A stretch of DNA of 64,000 nucleotides from Patellaria atrata CBS 101060 (lineage: Eukaryota): NCBI GenBank assembly GCA_010093705.1, contig MU006097.1, forward strand, positions 197,905 through 261,904, given 5' to 3'. This document shows positions 23,613-36,063 of the stretch, one piece after another. Position numbers and translations under genes: made by a program. How positions within the stretch are numbered: position 1 is the stretch's first letter; every line of letters starts with the position of its first letter. The notes below the pieces were generated by a model, which had not been told where the DNA came from, ran no database searches, and was given only the letters and a program-made list of their open reading frames with translations.

Positions 23613-26018
23613 ATGTCTTTATTTGGAGACTCGACTGACGATCTCCCACGGCGGAACAAGCAATCTGCTCTCTTTGATGATGACCATTCTGCGGTTCCAG
23701 CCGCTCGCCCTAGTCCAAGTCTCTTCGCGGACGATCTCAACGAAGGAGGTGATTCTCCCTGGGCTTTCCCGACTCCTAAAAAGGCGGCGCGAAGTTCGCT
23801 AGTCAAGAGCTTATTACAAGGTGCCGAAGTACCTGAAAGCTACGTTGATGCATTTGATGCTCTAATAGCATCCGGCGATCATACTGGTAATGGAGTTAGC
23901 TTAACGGGGGTTAAAAAACTATTAGTAGAAAGCGGAGTGGATGCAGATACACAAGCTAAAATTCTGGACATTGTCCTCAGCGGTGGACAGGAACCTGCCC
24001 AAGGAATAGGGAGAAATGAGTTCAATGTGTTTATGGCACTAGTGGGGCTAGCTCAAGAGGGTGAAGATGTGACGTTGGATGGTGTCGATGAGCGAAGGCG
24101 GAGTAGGTTCAGAGACTTAGGAAGCAATAATCATGCAACACCCGCAGATAGCTAACGGTCATCCAGATCTTCCACACCCCCGACTCGCTTCAATCAAGCA
24201 GTCCAGTCAGCCTAAAGACCCCGAGACGCCACAAGCTCAGCAAAGTGCTGATATTCCTACAACTCCCACCCCAGCTGCGAAACCAACACCGCACAACATG
24301 CGGAAAACGTCATTTGGATTTCCAGAGACAGATCCATGGGGTGCTCCAGAGTTACACAGAGGCCACAATCACCAAGAGGCTAAAGTTTCTGCTACTCAAT
24401 CCAATGGCACCAATGGTCTTACCGGCCCTTCCATTCCTACAAGGACCACAAGCGACTTCACGACAGCGTCTGCCCAACCAATTTCGAACCAGGATAGCGA
24501 TACATCACGGGGAAGAGCTTCAGTAGGCGATGATAGTCAAGGATGGGGCGGCTTCGGTGCTTCAACAGGGGAAGGCTTTGATGGGTCTACGCTAGGTGGT
24601 GACGCATTTGGGGGGTCGACAAGTGGGCAAGGCAGCGGAGGTCATGATCCTACCGGGCTTGGACGATCTCTAGGTGGAGGTAGAGTTGCTCACCACGGTG
24701 TGGAAGAAGTGGTCACGGTTTCGATCATCCCGGAAAAGGAGGGTGCGTTCATGTTCCAACATCACAACTACCAGGTCACTAGTGCTAGGCGGAATAGCAA
24801 AGTCGTAAGGAGATATAGTGACTTTGTATGGTTGCTTGACTGTCTGCATAAACGCTATCCATTTAGACAACTGCCTCTTCTACCTCCCAAACGAGTTGCT
24901 AGTAAGTTAGTTCAGCTGAACGGCTGAAGTATTACTGACAGTGTATAGTAAATGGAAACTACATAGCAGCAGACAAGTCCTTCATTGAGAAGAGGCGGCG
25001 GGGCCTTACTCGTTTTGCAAATACCCTAGTCCGACATCCTGTTTTGAGCCAGGAAACGCTTGTTGTGATGTTCTTGACGGTTCCGACGGTAGATGTCTGC
25101 TCTTTGCCGTACTCCAGAGGAGCTCATTACTGACACAACTATAGGAACTGGCTGTATGGCGCAAACAAGCAACAATATCGGTACAAGAAGAATTCGTAGG
25201 CAAAGTACTACCGCCAGCGTTAGAGGACTCACTTCCCCCGACATTACAGGATCTTTTTGATACCGTGCGTTCCGGTGTACGAAGATCTGCTGAGATTTAC
25301 ATCAATCTCTGTAATCTTATGGAACGACTAGCCAAGAGAAATGAAGGGATTGGGGCCGAGTACCTTCGATTCTCGCAAGGATTGTTGTCTCTTGTCGAAG
25401 CATCTTCAGATACGTACGCTATAGACAGGTCTGACGTAGCGATGCTTAACGAAGGGATGAATTCTACAGCAAAGCATCTATCTCAAAGTCAAGCTTTGCT
25501 GGAAGACGAAGCCAAAGCATGGGACGAAGGCGTGTTAGAAGACCTCAAGAGGCAAAGGGATTGCCTGGTTAGTGTGCGAGACATGTTTGAGCGGCGGGAC
25601 AAATATTCGAAGGACAACATCCCCCAGTTAGAAAAACGTATCCAAACTAATGAAGCTAAACTTGCTAACATTCGGACAAAACCGCAAGATCTACTGAAGG
25701 TCGGAGAGGCGGAGAAAGTCGAGGAGGCAATCTTTAAGGTTAGTATTTCAAATTCTCTTCTCACTTTATTCTCATGGTGAAAGTAACTGACATGTCCGGT
25801 CTATACAGGACAAACAAAGCATAGTCAACCAGCACGCGCGGGGCGTTTTCATCAAGGAATGCATTCGGGACGAACTCATCTATTTCCAGCAAAGTCAGTA
25901 CCATGTCAGTAAACTGCACCAAGATTGGAGTCAGGAAAGAGTGAAATACGCTGAACTACAAGCCGACAACTGGCGGGGGTTGAGTGAGGAGGTTGAGGGC
26001 ATGCCATTAGGGGAATGA
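23613..26018 (+). CDS. MVP1: Sorting nexin Mvp1 (EH-like N-terminus, PX and BAR domains)
   Basis: MSLFGD start; FMFQHHNYQV...RRYSDFVWLLDCLHKRYPFRQLPLLPPKR PX motif; helical C-terminus ending VEGMPLGE; four GT-AG introns. Confidence 0.93.
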
Positions 26019-27083
26019 TTTTTCATCGTGGATAAAGTCATTCTACTTCTTTTTCTCTCATTTTCAGCCTTAAACGGTGGTACGCGCAAGTATATACGGT
26101 GAAGCGCATCTCTGATCCTGAATATTTCATTGTATTCCGTTCTACTTTCAGAGATACCTAACGGAGGTATGGAGGGCAGCACTTTTATCTGCGTCATTGG
26201 ACAAACGTATCGTATCTATTGTAACAAGTATCTCAGTGGGACAGTTTATTTTGACAAGTCGCTGGGTATTTCTTCCCCCGTCATGACATTCCTACACTGT
26301 ACGCTCGCTCCTAGTAGCTACTGACTTACTCCGCGAAACTCCCCACATACGGAAAACGCCAGCTATACGTAACGCTAGAGCATACGAAACTGTGGGATTA
26401 ACAGTCCGCAAGTACCTTTTTTTTCTTTTTTTTTTTTTTTTGCAAGTGTACAGATGTTGAAATAATAACCGGGACCGGGAAGGTGATACACCATGCTCTT
26501 TCTTTCACTTTGGGGGTGTCTCGTTCCTGACTCTGGTGACCTCAAGGCGTGACTCTACGTTATTGATCTTCCGCTTCAGCTAACTTAAGCTCCTCCTGGA
26601 CGTCAAACGACTTCTCAGGGGCATTCTTCTTAAGAAACAAAGACCACCCTCATATTTCTAACCGGCATATCTTTCTCGAAGTACACCGACATCCACCCTC
26701 GAATAGGGGCAACATGGCAAAACCGAAAGGAGAAGCGAGACTTTCATATGATGGAGGTGGTCCTATCGGGGATAGGGTGACAAAGAGTTCAAGAGGTAAG
26801 AAAGTTCAGGAGTGTAGTCGTGATATCAAATATCAAATATCAGATATCAGATATCAGGTACTGTACCTGACTCGCGTGCTCTGAGGCTACCTTTAGAATT
26901 GCGCTAGTGATTGGCCTGTCAGCCTTCCCTGCGTCACTCTTCAACTTCGAACTTTGAATTGTCCCGCGATCGCTACTTATCACTCTGCACAATTCTTCCA
27001 CCTCGTTGCTTTCAAAAATTGATTGTCTTTCTTTTATTTGTTCCTCTCGCTCCTTTGCTATCCCAGCCTATCGCTAACTCACG

Positions 27084-29391
27084 ATGCCTCCAGCGTACAC
27101 AGCTCAGCAGAAAACGGCAATAGTGAACTTCACTTCGATAACTGGCACCGATAGGACGAGCGCTGCTAGAGTACGTACAGTGCGGTTTCTTCGTTTACGA
27201 TTATATGCGCCTGCATGTCTATCTACTGCTTCTCCATTATTTGCCTGCTTTTTTGGCTAGGTCGCCGTACCTTCTCCGTCAACTTCTACTTAACATTGTT
27301 TAACTAATCCTTGTCTTTACTATTTTTCGCATCCCCCAGGGGTCCATCATGTTATACATTATTCGTCGCTATTAACTAACTCGATTATCTCCCTTTAGAT
27401 TCTTAAGGCTCACAGCTGGAATGTCGAATCTGCGATAAACGGGTAGGTTTCGAATTCTTTCCTCGTTACCATTTCCTTTCTTTCCAAACCCTTTTCCTCC
27501 CAGGATATATCTTTGCACGATTCGAATCCTTCGGGAAACGGCAGAGATAGTCCGTCGAACACTGGTAGAAGGGAGACCGTTGATCATTCGACCGGTGTGC
27601 AGATTCAACTACAATCATCCATATATGCGTCCTACGCTCAACGTGTTCTCCAAAGTTCGGTAGGGTCGGTCGCTGCGTCTAGACAGAACATGTCTGTAGC
27701 CTCCGCATATAAGACTGTCACCCGAGCGAAACCGGAGTTTAAACTTCTTCTAGGACACGAATACTGCCCCCAGCAGTCTCTTAATGTTGTGGGATATACA
27801 GGAGATGGCACCACAATCAGCAGTCTCAAGGTGCTCCAAGAGCTGGATATCCCAAGTAGCAGTCTCGATATACTCCAGGATTTAAACCACCCTTAAATTC
27901 GGGGGAAACTCATCTTAACCGTTCTCGCGATATTCAGTCTGGAAATTTGCCCTACCAGGGCCTTGTAGATTTATTACTGAGTCATAGATTACGCCGCGAA
28001 ACGAAAACTGGCTGCATTTTGCAGAAACCGCGTCGTGAGAGCATATGGAAAAGATGCTCTATCAACCTAGAGAAAAGAGCAAAGCACGTGTTTACGGGCC
28101 TAATCGCAAACTCGCCAGGAGGCTGTTCCCGATCTCGATGCGATGTTTGATGGAAGCAAGGTCGGCAAGTTTGTAGAGCAGTCAGGATATACCTGGTCCC
28201 TGGCTGAATATATCCTGACCAAGGACAGGTTGACGGTACATTCAAAGGCTTCAGTTAGGAAACGGATGCTACGACTTGTGTAACATGGAATTATTAACCA
28301 TCCCATAGACCCTATGGGTATCGTTGATGACAGGGTATTGGTGCTTGTCAACTACAAAGTGGGACTAGATCCGACTACCATCGGAGTCCAGCGAGGTTCA
28401 TCTAGACCCGGAATCCATCTTTTCAATGATATAAATGGAACCCTTCTACTGGAAAGCCCAGGCCCGTGTTTTCTGCGTCCCATGAACAAATACTTGGAGG
28501 TCTCTATAACATGGCACTATCATTACGCTAATTTCTTTGCATTGCATCCGTGTGAAGATATACAGACAGCTAACATAAATTATTCATAGATACTACTCAG
28601 GTAGCATCGCCCCAGCAACCAACCCTCATGCCCCAAGTCTGAACAAGATCTTTGACAAATATCGAGGTCAATATCCATTTATTATATTATCTATCATTGT
28701 CAACTAATCGTTTGATCCAGATGCTCCGAGCGACAGTCCCGATAATATTAACACTGAGGGCATGATGGAGTTTCTCGAAGCGATCAAGGTTCCAGTAGAA
28801 GACATTGGCATGCTCATCGTGTCCGAAATCGTCAAATCCCCCTCAATGGGCGAGATTGCACGCGACGGCTTCGTGCAAGGATGGACTATAGCAAAGTAGG
28901 TCATTTATCCATCAAAACAGATGCTCCCCAGAATATCTCGCTAATTCATCTCTTGTAGCATTGGCGATCTTAAATCGATGGCTGCCTTCGTCTCAAGACG
29001 TCGCGAGTCCCTCTCCAACGAATTATCCACATTCCGTCGCATATACAAGCACAGCTTCTTCGTCGCCAAGCCACCGAATCAGAAATCCGCACCGCTAGAG
29101 AGCGCGCTCGAGTTCTGGAAGGTCCTATTCCAGTCTCCAGGTCTGGAATGGAGATCCGCCAACACGCCCTGGCTCGACTACTGGCTCGAGTTCCTCGAAG
29201 CGAAGTGGAAAAAGAGCGTCAATAAGGATATGTGGGATCAGACGCTCGCTTTCGCAGAGAAGACCCTTCTTGACGAGAGTCTGAGCTGGTGGGACGAGAA
29301 TGGCGCATGGCCGGGTGTGGTGGATGATTTTGTCGAGTGGGTTAAGGAGAGGAGGGGTGATGCGAAGGAGGAAATGGATTTGGATTACTAG
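27084..29391 (+). CDS. DCN1: DCN1-like cullin neddylation E3 (UBA-like + PONY domain)
   Basis: MPPAYTAQQKTAIVNFTSITGTDRTSAAR / ILKAHSWNVESAING / YYSG..LNKIFDKYR; C-terminal SVNKDMWDQTL...WDENGAWPGVVDDFVEW; second intron 27443-28589 is 1147 nt. Confidence 0.9.
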
Positions 29392-30473
29392 AGCCGTCGC
29401 TGCGGTTACGTACGATTTCTTTCTTTATGTCTTGTCGAGTATTGGGAAGGCGACTGGTCGGATTCAGACCGATTGGTTTCATGCGGACGACTTTACATGA
29501 AGCAGGTTTCCGAATGGCGCCTGAGGGGTTAGACACGTCCTTTCTCATTTGTAGTGCAGCTGAGGCGCTTTCGCTCCTCTATTGGGAAGAGCTCTTTTAC
29601 GGGCGAGGAAGATTGAGTATGAGCGTTATGTGCTAAATGAATTATTTGATACTGATGTTCTGCAGCTTGATGTCTGACTGCATATGGCTCTTGCAAAATG
29701 CGCATCTATTCGCCTTTTTGTGACTCCTGGTGTATGGTACTACTAAGGTACCTCTAAAATCTCGTATTTCGAGCTAAAATGAAATAGCCGGGCTTAGACA
29801 AGACTGGATCCATATGATGGTTTCACCTCGTACTGTACAGCACGGTACCAAAGATTGCCCTATAGTGAAGATTGGAAATTCAAAAACACCGAGTTTGTAC
29901 TTAGACAGAAACTCTGCCGTACGAACCTTCAGACTATACTATACGGATCTCTGAACTGTACAAAAATCCTCTAGCCGTACGGACCCCCAGACTTTGAAGA
30001 GTCCCTAGCCCATATGCTTCTTTCCTGTATCACATGCAGGAACGACGCTTTACCCTACCACCCGATGACTCGAGGGACAGTTATTGCCTTGATGTAATAA
30101 GGGTCACTTCTTTCGGTTTTATTATTGCTCTCCCTCTTTTCCTCTCCAGGCGGTAGGTGAGGGTATGGATGTTCGAATCTCTTGTCAGTCCGGCTTCTCT
30201 CGTTCTCCCGCTCCTTCAGGGGTTGAACTATTGGGTGCATAGATTTTGGGTTTACTGTTCTCCCCTCCTTCTATTATCCTTATTTTCCTACCCTCTGATT
30301 AGAACTTTCCCGTCTTCGGTTGCGGGTTCAGGTCTCTTTAGGTTATGAGCCCCTGGATCGGGTAGGAGGGATGCGCCAACATCATGGAATAAGTGAATTC
30401 CTCCCTTTTCGATGACGATTATCACGGCCAACGATGTAGATTACGCATTTCCCCTTTATCTCGCAAGAAATCT

Positions 30474-31673
30474 TTATATATTCTTCCTCCTAAACGCCCA
30501 ATACGCGTTCCACGGCAACCTCCAATCGCTCCTTCTCAGTGCCTCATTGAAAACATCAAAGTCACTCTTCTCTAATCTATCCAACCACAATTGTGTCGGT
30601 ACAGCTTGCATATAGACGCCCCATGCTCTTTCCACATCACTCCACTCTCCTTCTCTTGCCGTCTCCTCGGGTGTTAAATCATACCCTTGCTCCCCGGAAT
30701 GCTCAAACTCATGCCCCACATTCCTACCCGCTCGAAGATTCTTTATCATCTCCCGCGCCGTGATGAGATGATCGTTCGCTCTCGTCGCGACCTCAAATAC
30801 CGCATCTCTCAACCCGGACGCGGAGGGACCCTGCCGTAGCACATCTTCTTCCCTGACGCATGCACTCGCCATAACATCCAGTGGTAGATTCACGATTCCT
30901 TGTCTTTGGCTCCCTCCTACACCTGCCACACCTCCCAGACCATCACGGTTTAAGGAGTGATGATTCGCCGGCCTAGGGAAGGCAAGCAAAGGTAATCCCC
31001 GCAACGAAGCAACGATACCAGCGGCCTTGCCGATATGACTAGCAACATGGTCGGCAATTACACTATGCATCGGCAGCGCCGCCAACGTCAGGTACAAGAG
31101 TGTCGAGTACGTATTCTCCGCATAGCCCTCCAAATCCTTGAGGTCTACAAATGGGCGGCCTCCGAATCTCTTCTCGCGCTCGTTGATCATTCTATGCAGC
31201 CAAAGTTTTGACCAGCCACCGCCGGAAGGGTTTCGCGTGCGGAGGTTGGCTGCGGCGGCGGCGAGGAGGATGGCGACGGGCTCTTTTGGCGGCTTCCCGG
31301 AGAGGGAGGAGGAGATGGAGTCGCGCCAGAATTGGTAGCGGAGAGAGGCGACGGCGGGTGCGGAGGTCGTGTCGGCTATACGTGCGATGTCGATGTTCAG
31401 GGCGCGGAGGGCGATGTAGGCCTGGCGGCTGGAAGAGGGGATGAAGGTTTGGAGGAGGTAGGAGGGGGAGTCGTGGTGGCGGAGGAGGGTTAGGCAATAG
31501 GATTGTGCGGATTGAATTTCGGCGTCTGATATGTTCTGGAGGGGGGAGGGGGGGTCTTTATTGGTTTCATTGCGGGTGGGTGAAGTTGAAAAGGACCAGC
31601 TGTGAGGATGGAGTAGAGCTGTTGTGCGGGTGTGGTGATGAGCTATCCGGCGGAGGGGGGTGGATATGTTCAT
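30474..31673 (-). CDS. Complex I assembly factor NDUFAF6-like (squalene/phytoene synthase fold), mitochondrial
   Basis: Arg/Ser/Thr-rich presequence; YIALRALNIDIA, LRYQFWRD, LEGYAENTYSTLLYL, HIGKAAGI, FEVATRANDHL, LEKSDFDVF. Confidence 0.9.
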   Translation of the reverse strand: MNISTPLRRIAHHHTRTTALLHPHSWSFSTSPTRNETNKDPPSPLQNISDAEIQSAQSYCLTLLRHHDSPSYLLQTFIPSSSRQAYIALRALNIDIARIADTTSAPAVASLRYQFWRDSISSSLSGKPPKEPVAILLAAAAANLRTRNPSGGGWSKLWLHRMINEREKRFGGRPFVDLKDLEGYAENTYSTLLYLTLAALPMHSVIADHVASHIGKAAGIVASLRGLPLLAFPRPANHHSLNRDGLGGVAGVGGSQRQGIVNLPLDVMASACVREEDVLRQGPSASGLRDAVFEVATRANDHLITAREMIKNLRAGRNVGHEFEHSGEQGYDLTPEETAREGEWSDVERAWGVYMQAVPTQLWLDRLEKSDFDVFNEALRRSDWRLPWNAYWAFRRKNI

Positions 31674-31915
31674 GGATCTTATTAGTCGTGAAGGAAGTGA
31701 AGAAAAATGTGCATCAGTATAGATTTATGATTAAAGAGGTCCAATTGATGGGATGGAATATGAAGAAGTATGCAATTTCGTCTCAAAAGTTTCGCCTCAA
31801 ACGCTCGAGCTCACAGTGAGCTCATCAGTTTCCCGCAGCTCACCTCCGTCTTGGCAACCAACCTCCAGATCCCTATCATCAACCTCATCCTTCTTATCTC
31901 CAGCTTACTCCCCTA

Positions 31916-32744
31916 ATGAACATCTCAGGGACACTAAACGTCTTCCGTCTCATCTCCAATCCATCACTCTGTCTCCCTCACTATACAGTCTCAACCTTTA
32001 ACCAAATCCCCATCCCACTCAGTAAAGCATTCGCCAAGGATGGAGGGAAAGGGGCGGATATTCGCGCCGTGATATTGGATAAGGATAATTGTTTTGCTGT
32101 GCCACATCAGAATGAAGTTTATGCGGATTATAAGGTGCGCATTCTGAAACATATCCAAAAATCACGGATAGAATTTCACATGATATTCACTCAAGTTTGA
32201 ATGATTCTGATGTATGATGAATAGGAGAGGTTCAAGCAACTTCGCGAGGAGTATCCAGGATCACGTCTCTTAATCGTGTCCAACACGGCGGGTACTACTT
32301 CAGATAAAGGTCTCGAGGAAGCTAAGTTGTTAGAAAAGAACACCGGGGTAAAGGTCTTGCAACATAGCACTAAGGTAACCAGGTCCTTCTCCCCATTTAT
32401 CCCTGAATCGAGGACTAAGTATGAAAGAAACCCGGTTGCAAAGATGAAGTACTTGAATACTTTCGGACTGCTCCAGACGTGACTATTACTTCCCCATCAC
32501 AGATAGCTGTTGTGGGTGATCGATTGTTCACGGATGTTATGATGGCAAACATGATGGGTGCTCATGCATTATATGTCAAAGATGGTGTTGTTGGGCAGAA
32601 GGGTGTGGTGAGTTGCTTTCATCCTTATGTTGGTATTCTACACTGGACTCACGTTCTTAGTTTGTAAAAGCAGAGAGTGCCTTAGCATCATTCCTGCTAC
32701 GCCGACGATACGTCGCGCCGAATCCGTTGAGCGACTTTGAATGA
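31916..32744 (+). CDS. GEP4: Mitochondrial phosphatidylglycerophosphatase (HAD family)
   Basis: MNISGTLN..PSLCLPH; VILDKDNC (DxD), IVSNTAG, HSTK/KPGC, VVGDRLFTDVMMAN; three introns; TGA 32742-32744. Confidence 0.92.
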
Positions 32745-33040
32745 TATGGTCGAGTGTGTATGATATGTGAAGATATACCCATGTAAGATTAAGGATTGAA
32801 CCTTTTGATACCAATTTCGACCTACCTGCTTTGCTGTTTTCAAAAACGTGAGCTTATAACTAGTAAGCAGACAGGATATCGCTGCAGCTATAACACTCAA
32901 CTCTACACCTACGATGAGTATTCTCTGGCAAAGAGTGTAAAGCGGGTATTGCTTTCGTTAGGTACGATGTTCACAAGCACTTGAAGGCGCCCAGGTAATT
33001 GTATTGGTATTTCATGTTCTGCGTACGCTCATAGTTCAGT

Positions 33041-33225
33041 TCAAGTAGGGAAGTAGACTATGTCAAGTAGGGGAGATGAATAGTTGAAGAAGGAGAAATA
33101 ACTAATCGAAGAGGGGGGAGATAACCAGTTGAGGAATGGGAAGTAGGCCAGTTAGAAAAGGGGGGATAACCAGTTGAAGAAGGCGAAACAACCAGTTGAA
33201 GAAGGGGAAATAACCAGTTGAAGAC
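33041..33225. repeat. Degenerate ~22-bp purine-rich tandem repeat (consensus near AACCAGTTGAAGAAGGGGAAAT), about 8 copies
   Basis: Recurrent (C)CAGTTGAAGA...ATAA units at roughly 22-nt spacing. Confidence 0.8.
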
Positions 33226-33695
33226 AGAAAAGTAAAGAAACTAGTATGCAAGATAACCGTCTGATAACTAGGGCACTATATAGTTACACAAAACAAGAGA
33301 AAGAAATCCAAGGGTTCTTATACCCGCCCAGATCGTCGGCCAGCTTCGTACGTGCAATGCAACCATGAAGACGTCAAAACTCTCATATCCAGCAGCATAA
33401 CGTCAAGGCCTTTTATCTCCGATAGCGTAATTCAGGACGGTGTCAAGTCCTCTGTTTTGGAACAATGTAGCCAGAAACGATGTCAAAAACGCCCATTTCT
33501 TGAGGTTCGATGGGGAGCGTGCTTAGACAATGATTTATGACGGAACACCAGTCACAGCATCGAATACTGTTCAGTTTATCCAAACCAGAAAGGGGACTGT
33601 AGATAAGCGTCCTTAAGCTTAGATGAGGTAGAGTGGGTGCACTTTGATAAAGTAATTCTGTCCAGTAAAACTAGACAAAATCAATGCCGTTACAT

Positions 33696-35102
33696 TCAAC
33701 GTAGCATTACGTATCTTTTTTCACCAGGAAACGAGAAACCTGACGGTGGGAGAGGAAGTGGGAATCGTGGAGGAGGTAGGGAGATAAGCTCATGAGTGAC
33801 TTTGATGCCGGAGTCCTGGAGTCGGGACATCCACACGGAGGGCAGAGTCCATGGTAGACACTTCATCCTAACTTCGTTACCGCGTACGTCTTCATGCAGG
33901 ATAGCTTTCGGAAGAATCAAGGTGATATGTCGCAAAGACGGCAGGTTCCCTGCGTCTCTTGCGTTGGCGACATTGTCCAACGCCTTGAGAAGTACCTTGC
34001 ATTTTTCCGAGTTGGAAGGGGGCCCCAAGGTGACAACCTCGATATTGAGGTTTTCAAGCGACCTTGGAAAAACGTGTTGCCCATCCAATGGGTCCCGCAA
34101 TCCCGAATTTCCGGTCATACTGAAGGAAATCGTTGAAAGACGGGGGCAATCCTTAAATCGCGCCAAAAATACCACTTGCAACCCTGTTTGTTCCTTGTTT
34201 GGGTTGTATTTTTCCCTAAGGTCGAGATCTCTGAGGTGAAAACTTACCGAATGGTCCAAGAAGAAAGCAGGAGGTGGTTGGAGAGTCTCAGTCCTCCGAA
34301 ATACCATGTTTCTAGCTTCTATCTTCTCGATTTGCGAATTTTGGAAGAAGAAATTCTTTAACTCTCGAGCCGAAACACGGCAGCCATCCAACACTAAGTG
34401 CTTCAGATGGTATCCTGACGCTTGCAATTCTTTTGAGGGTTCAAAACACAAGTTCCGAATCTCCTTCAGCCGTAACGTCTGAACACCCGGTGGTACGAAC
34501 AGGGTCGTCATTTTACGACAATCCCAAGCCCCGTCAATGCATAGGATTCCGAGTCTATCAAAACGCGAAAATTGTGACTGTACAGATGTCACACCGATCT
34601 CGATAAGATTGAATAAAAACTCAAACATCTTAATACTCTTGAAATGGAGATGTGCAATATTTGGTAGCTTCGTAATAAGGAGGGCCAGGAGGGCCTCCCG
34701 GTCTTGGAAATGTATCGCAAGTTCCCAATTTCCAAAACTTTGTATGCGACCTTTTGGGGAACGGATTGATGTGAGTTGGGTAAGCTCTTGAGCAAGAAGA
34801 CTCTCATCGTCAATACGAAAGGGACGTCTACCCTTGACCCCGTCCACACGAAGAGAGGTGATGCGTGCTGCTAATTCTGGTCTACTTCGTGTTGTTTTGA
34901 GGAGGTCAAAAAGATTGTTGCATTCTGACACATCTATAGACGCATAAAGAACTTTAGATGCCATTACATTAAACCATTTGGATGTACGGGAGATGGATGA
35001 AAGTGCAGTCATCCTCTCCTGGTTGACGGCAACAGTTTTAGACAAGTCCACTTCTAGGAAGCCGAAAATAATCTCTAGGAGCTCGGTAGGTAATGTATCC
35101 AT
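33696..35102 (-). CDS. F-box-like protein with LRR-like C-terminal region, intronless
   Basis: N-terminal MDTLPTELLEIIFGFL...LSSISRTSKWFNVMASKVLY F-box pattern; repeated LxxLxL segments. Confidence 0.8.
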   Translation of the reverse strand: MDTLPTELLEIIFGFLEVDLSKTVAVNQERMTALSSISRTSKWFNVMASKVLYASIDVSECNNLFDLLKTTRSRPELAARITSLRVDGVKGRRPFRIDDESLLAQELTQLTSIRSPKGRIQSFGNWELAIHFQDREALLALLITKLPNIAHLHFKSIKMFEFLFNLIEIGVTSVQSQFSRFDRLGILCIDGAWDCRKMTTLFVPPGVQTLRLKEIRNLCFEPSKELQASGYHLKHLVLDGCRVSARELKNFFFQNSQIEKIEARNMVFRRTETLQPPPAFFLDHSVSFHLRDLDLREKYNPNKEQTGLQVVFLARFKDCPRLSTISFSMTGNSGLRDPLDGQHVFPRSLENLNIEVVTLGPPSNSEKCKVLLKALDNVANARDAGNLPSLRHITLILPKAILHEDVRGNEVRMKCLPWTLPSVWMSRLQDSGIKVTHELISLPPPRFPLPLPPSGFSFPGEKRYVMLR

Positions 35103-36063
35103 ACCTTTCCCGTCGTATGGAACTGATGGAACGGCGTAGGCTGTGATGCTAGGCGAAATTTACGGCAGCGCGACGCGGTGCGTACAGCAATCTGGAAGAT
35201 GCGTAATTTCTTTAGATATAACCGTACCATCCGAGATAACGAAAATACATTTTACCCTTGCGAAGGGACATCTACCAGAGGCGAAGTTGGACATTCCGGG
35301 TAAGGGGGAAGGGCGAGGATTAGACGCATCCATCTCGTGGCTTGGAATTTCTTCGAATCCCGTCGTGCAACTGATTACACGTGGAGACCGAAACCACCAA
35401 TTTATGCAAACTCTGATTGCGAAGAAAAAGTGGAGGGAAATTTAATCTGATTACGACACTAGAATGAAAATGAGTTTGTGGGTGCGGAAGATGTTTTGAC
35501 GACGATGTCAACAAATGAGGAAAACAAGACGTCCAGGTCGTGTGACACATGACCAAAACAAAATCAACAGAGACATTTGAAATCTTTGCAGACCTTTGAA
35601 ATTCGACATTGTCTTCATCCTCTTAATCACTTCATCAAGAGTACCTCACGGAAAGAGATATGGGCGATACACCAGATTGTTGACCGGACCACTTTGAGCG
35701 AATGTATAGTCATCTTTTAGGTTTGAATTTTTGGGATTTGGAACCCACTATGCTACGCTTTGGTGCATGCCCTACCCCGACCTTTGCTTGCCTGCTATTT
35801 AGACTTTTATCTTCTACAATTACTCCTTAAACCTTCACCACGCAATTATGCATCCGGTACAACTATGTGAGACAGGAATCGTCGTGTAGAATAGCCGTTT
35901 ATCCAAGCCATTTCGGAGGATCTCGACTTAGACCTATTAGGCCTTTCATTTAAATCGTGTAAAGGGAGTGCATGGACCTAAAGGACTTGAATTTTCGTGG
36001 CAACAGTCCATCGAATCGATCGAACGGGAGCTCAAAGGACGTTAAGGATCTGTTCAAAATAAT

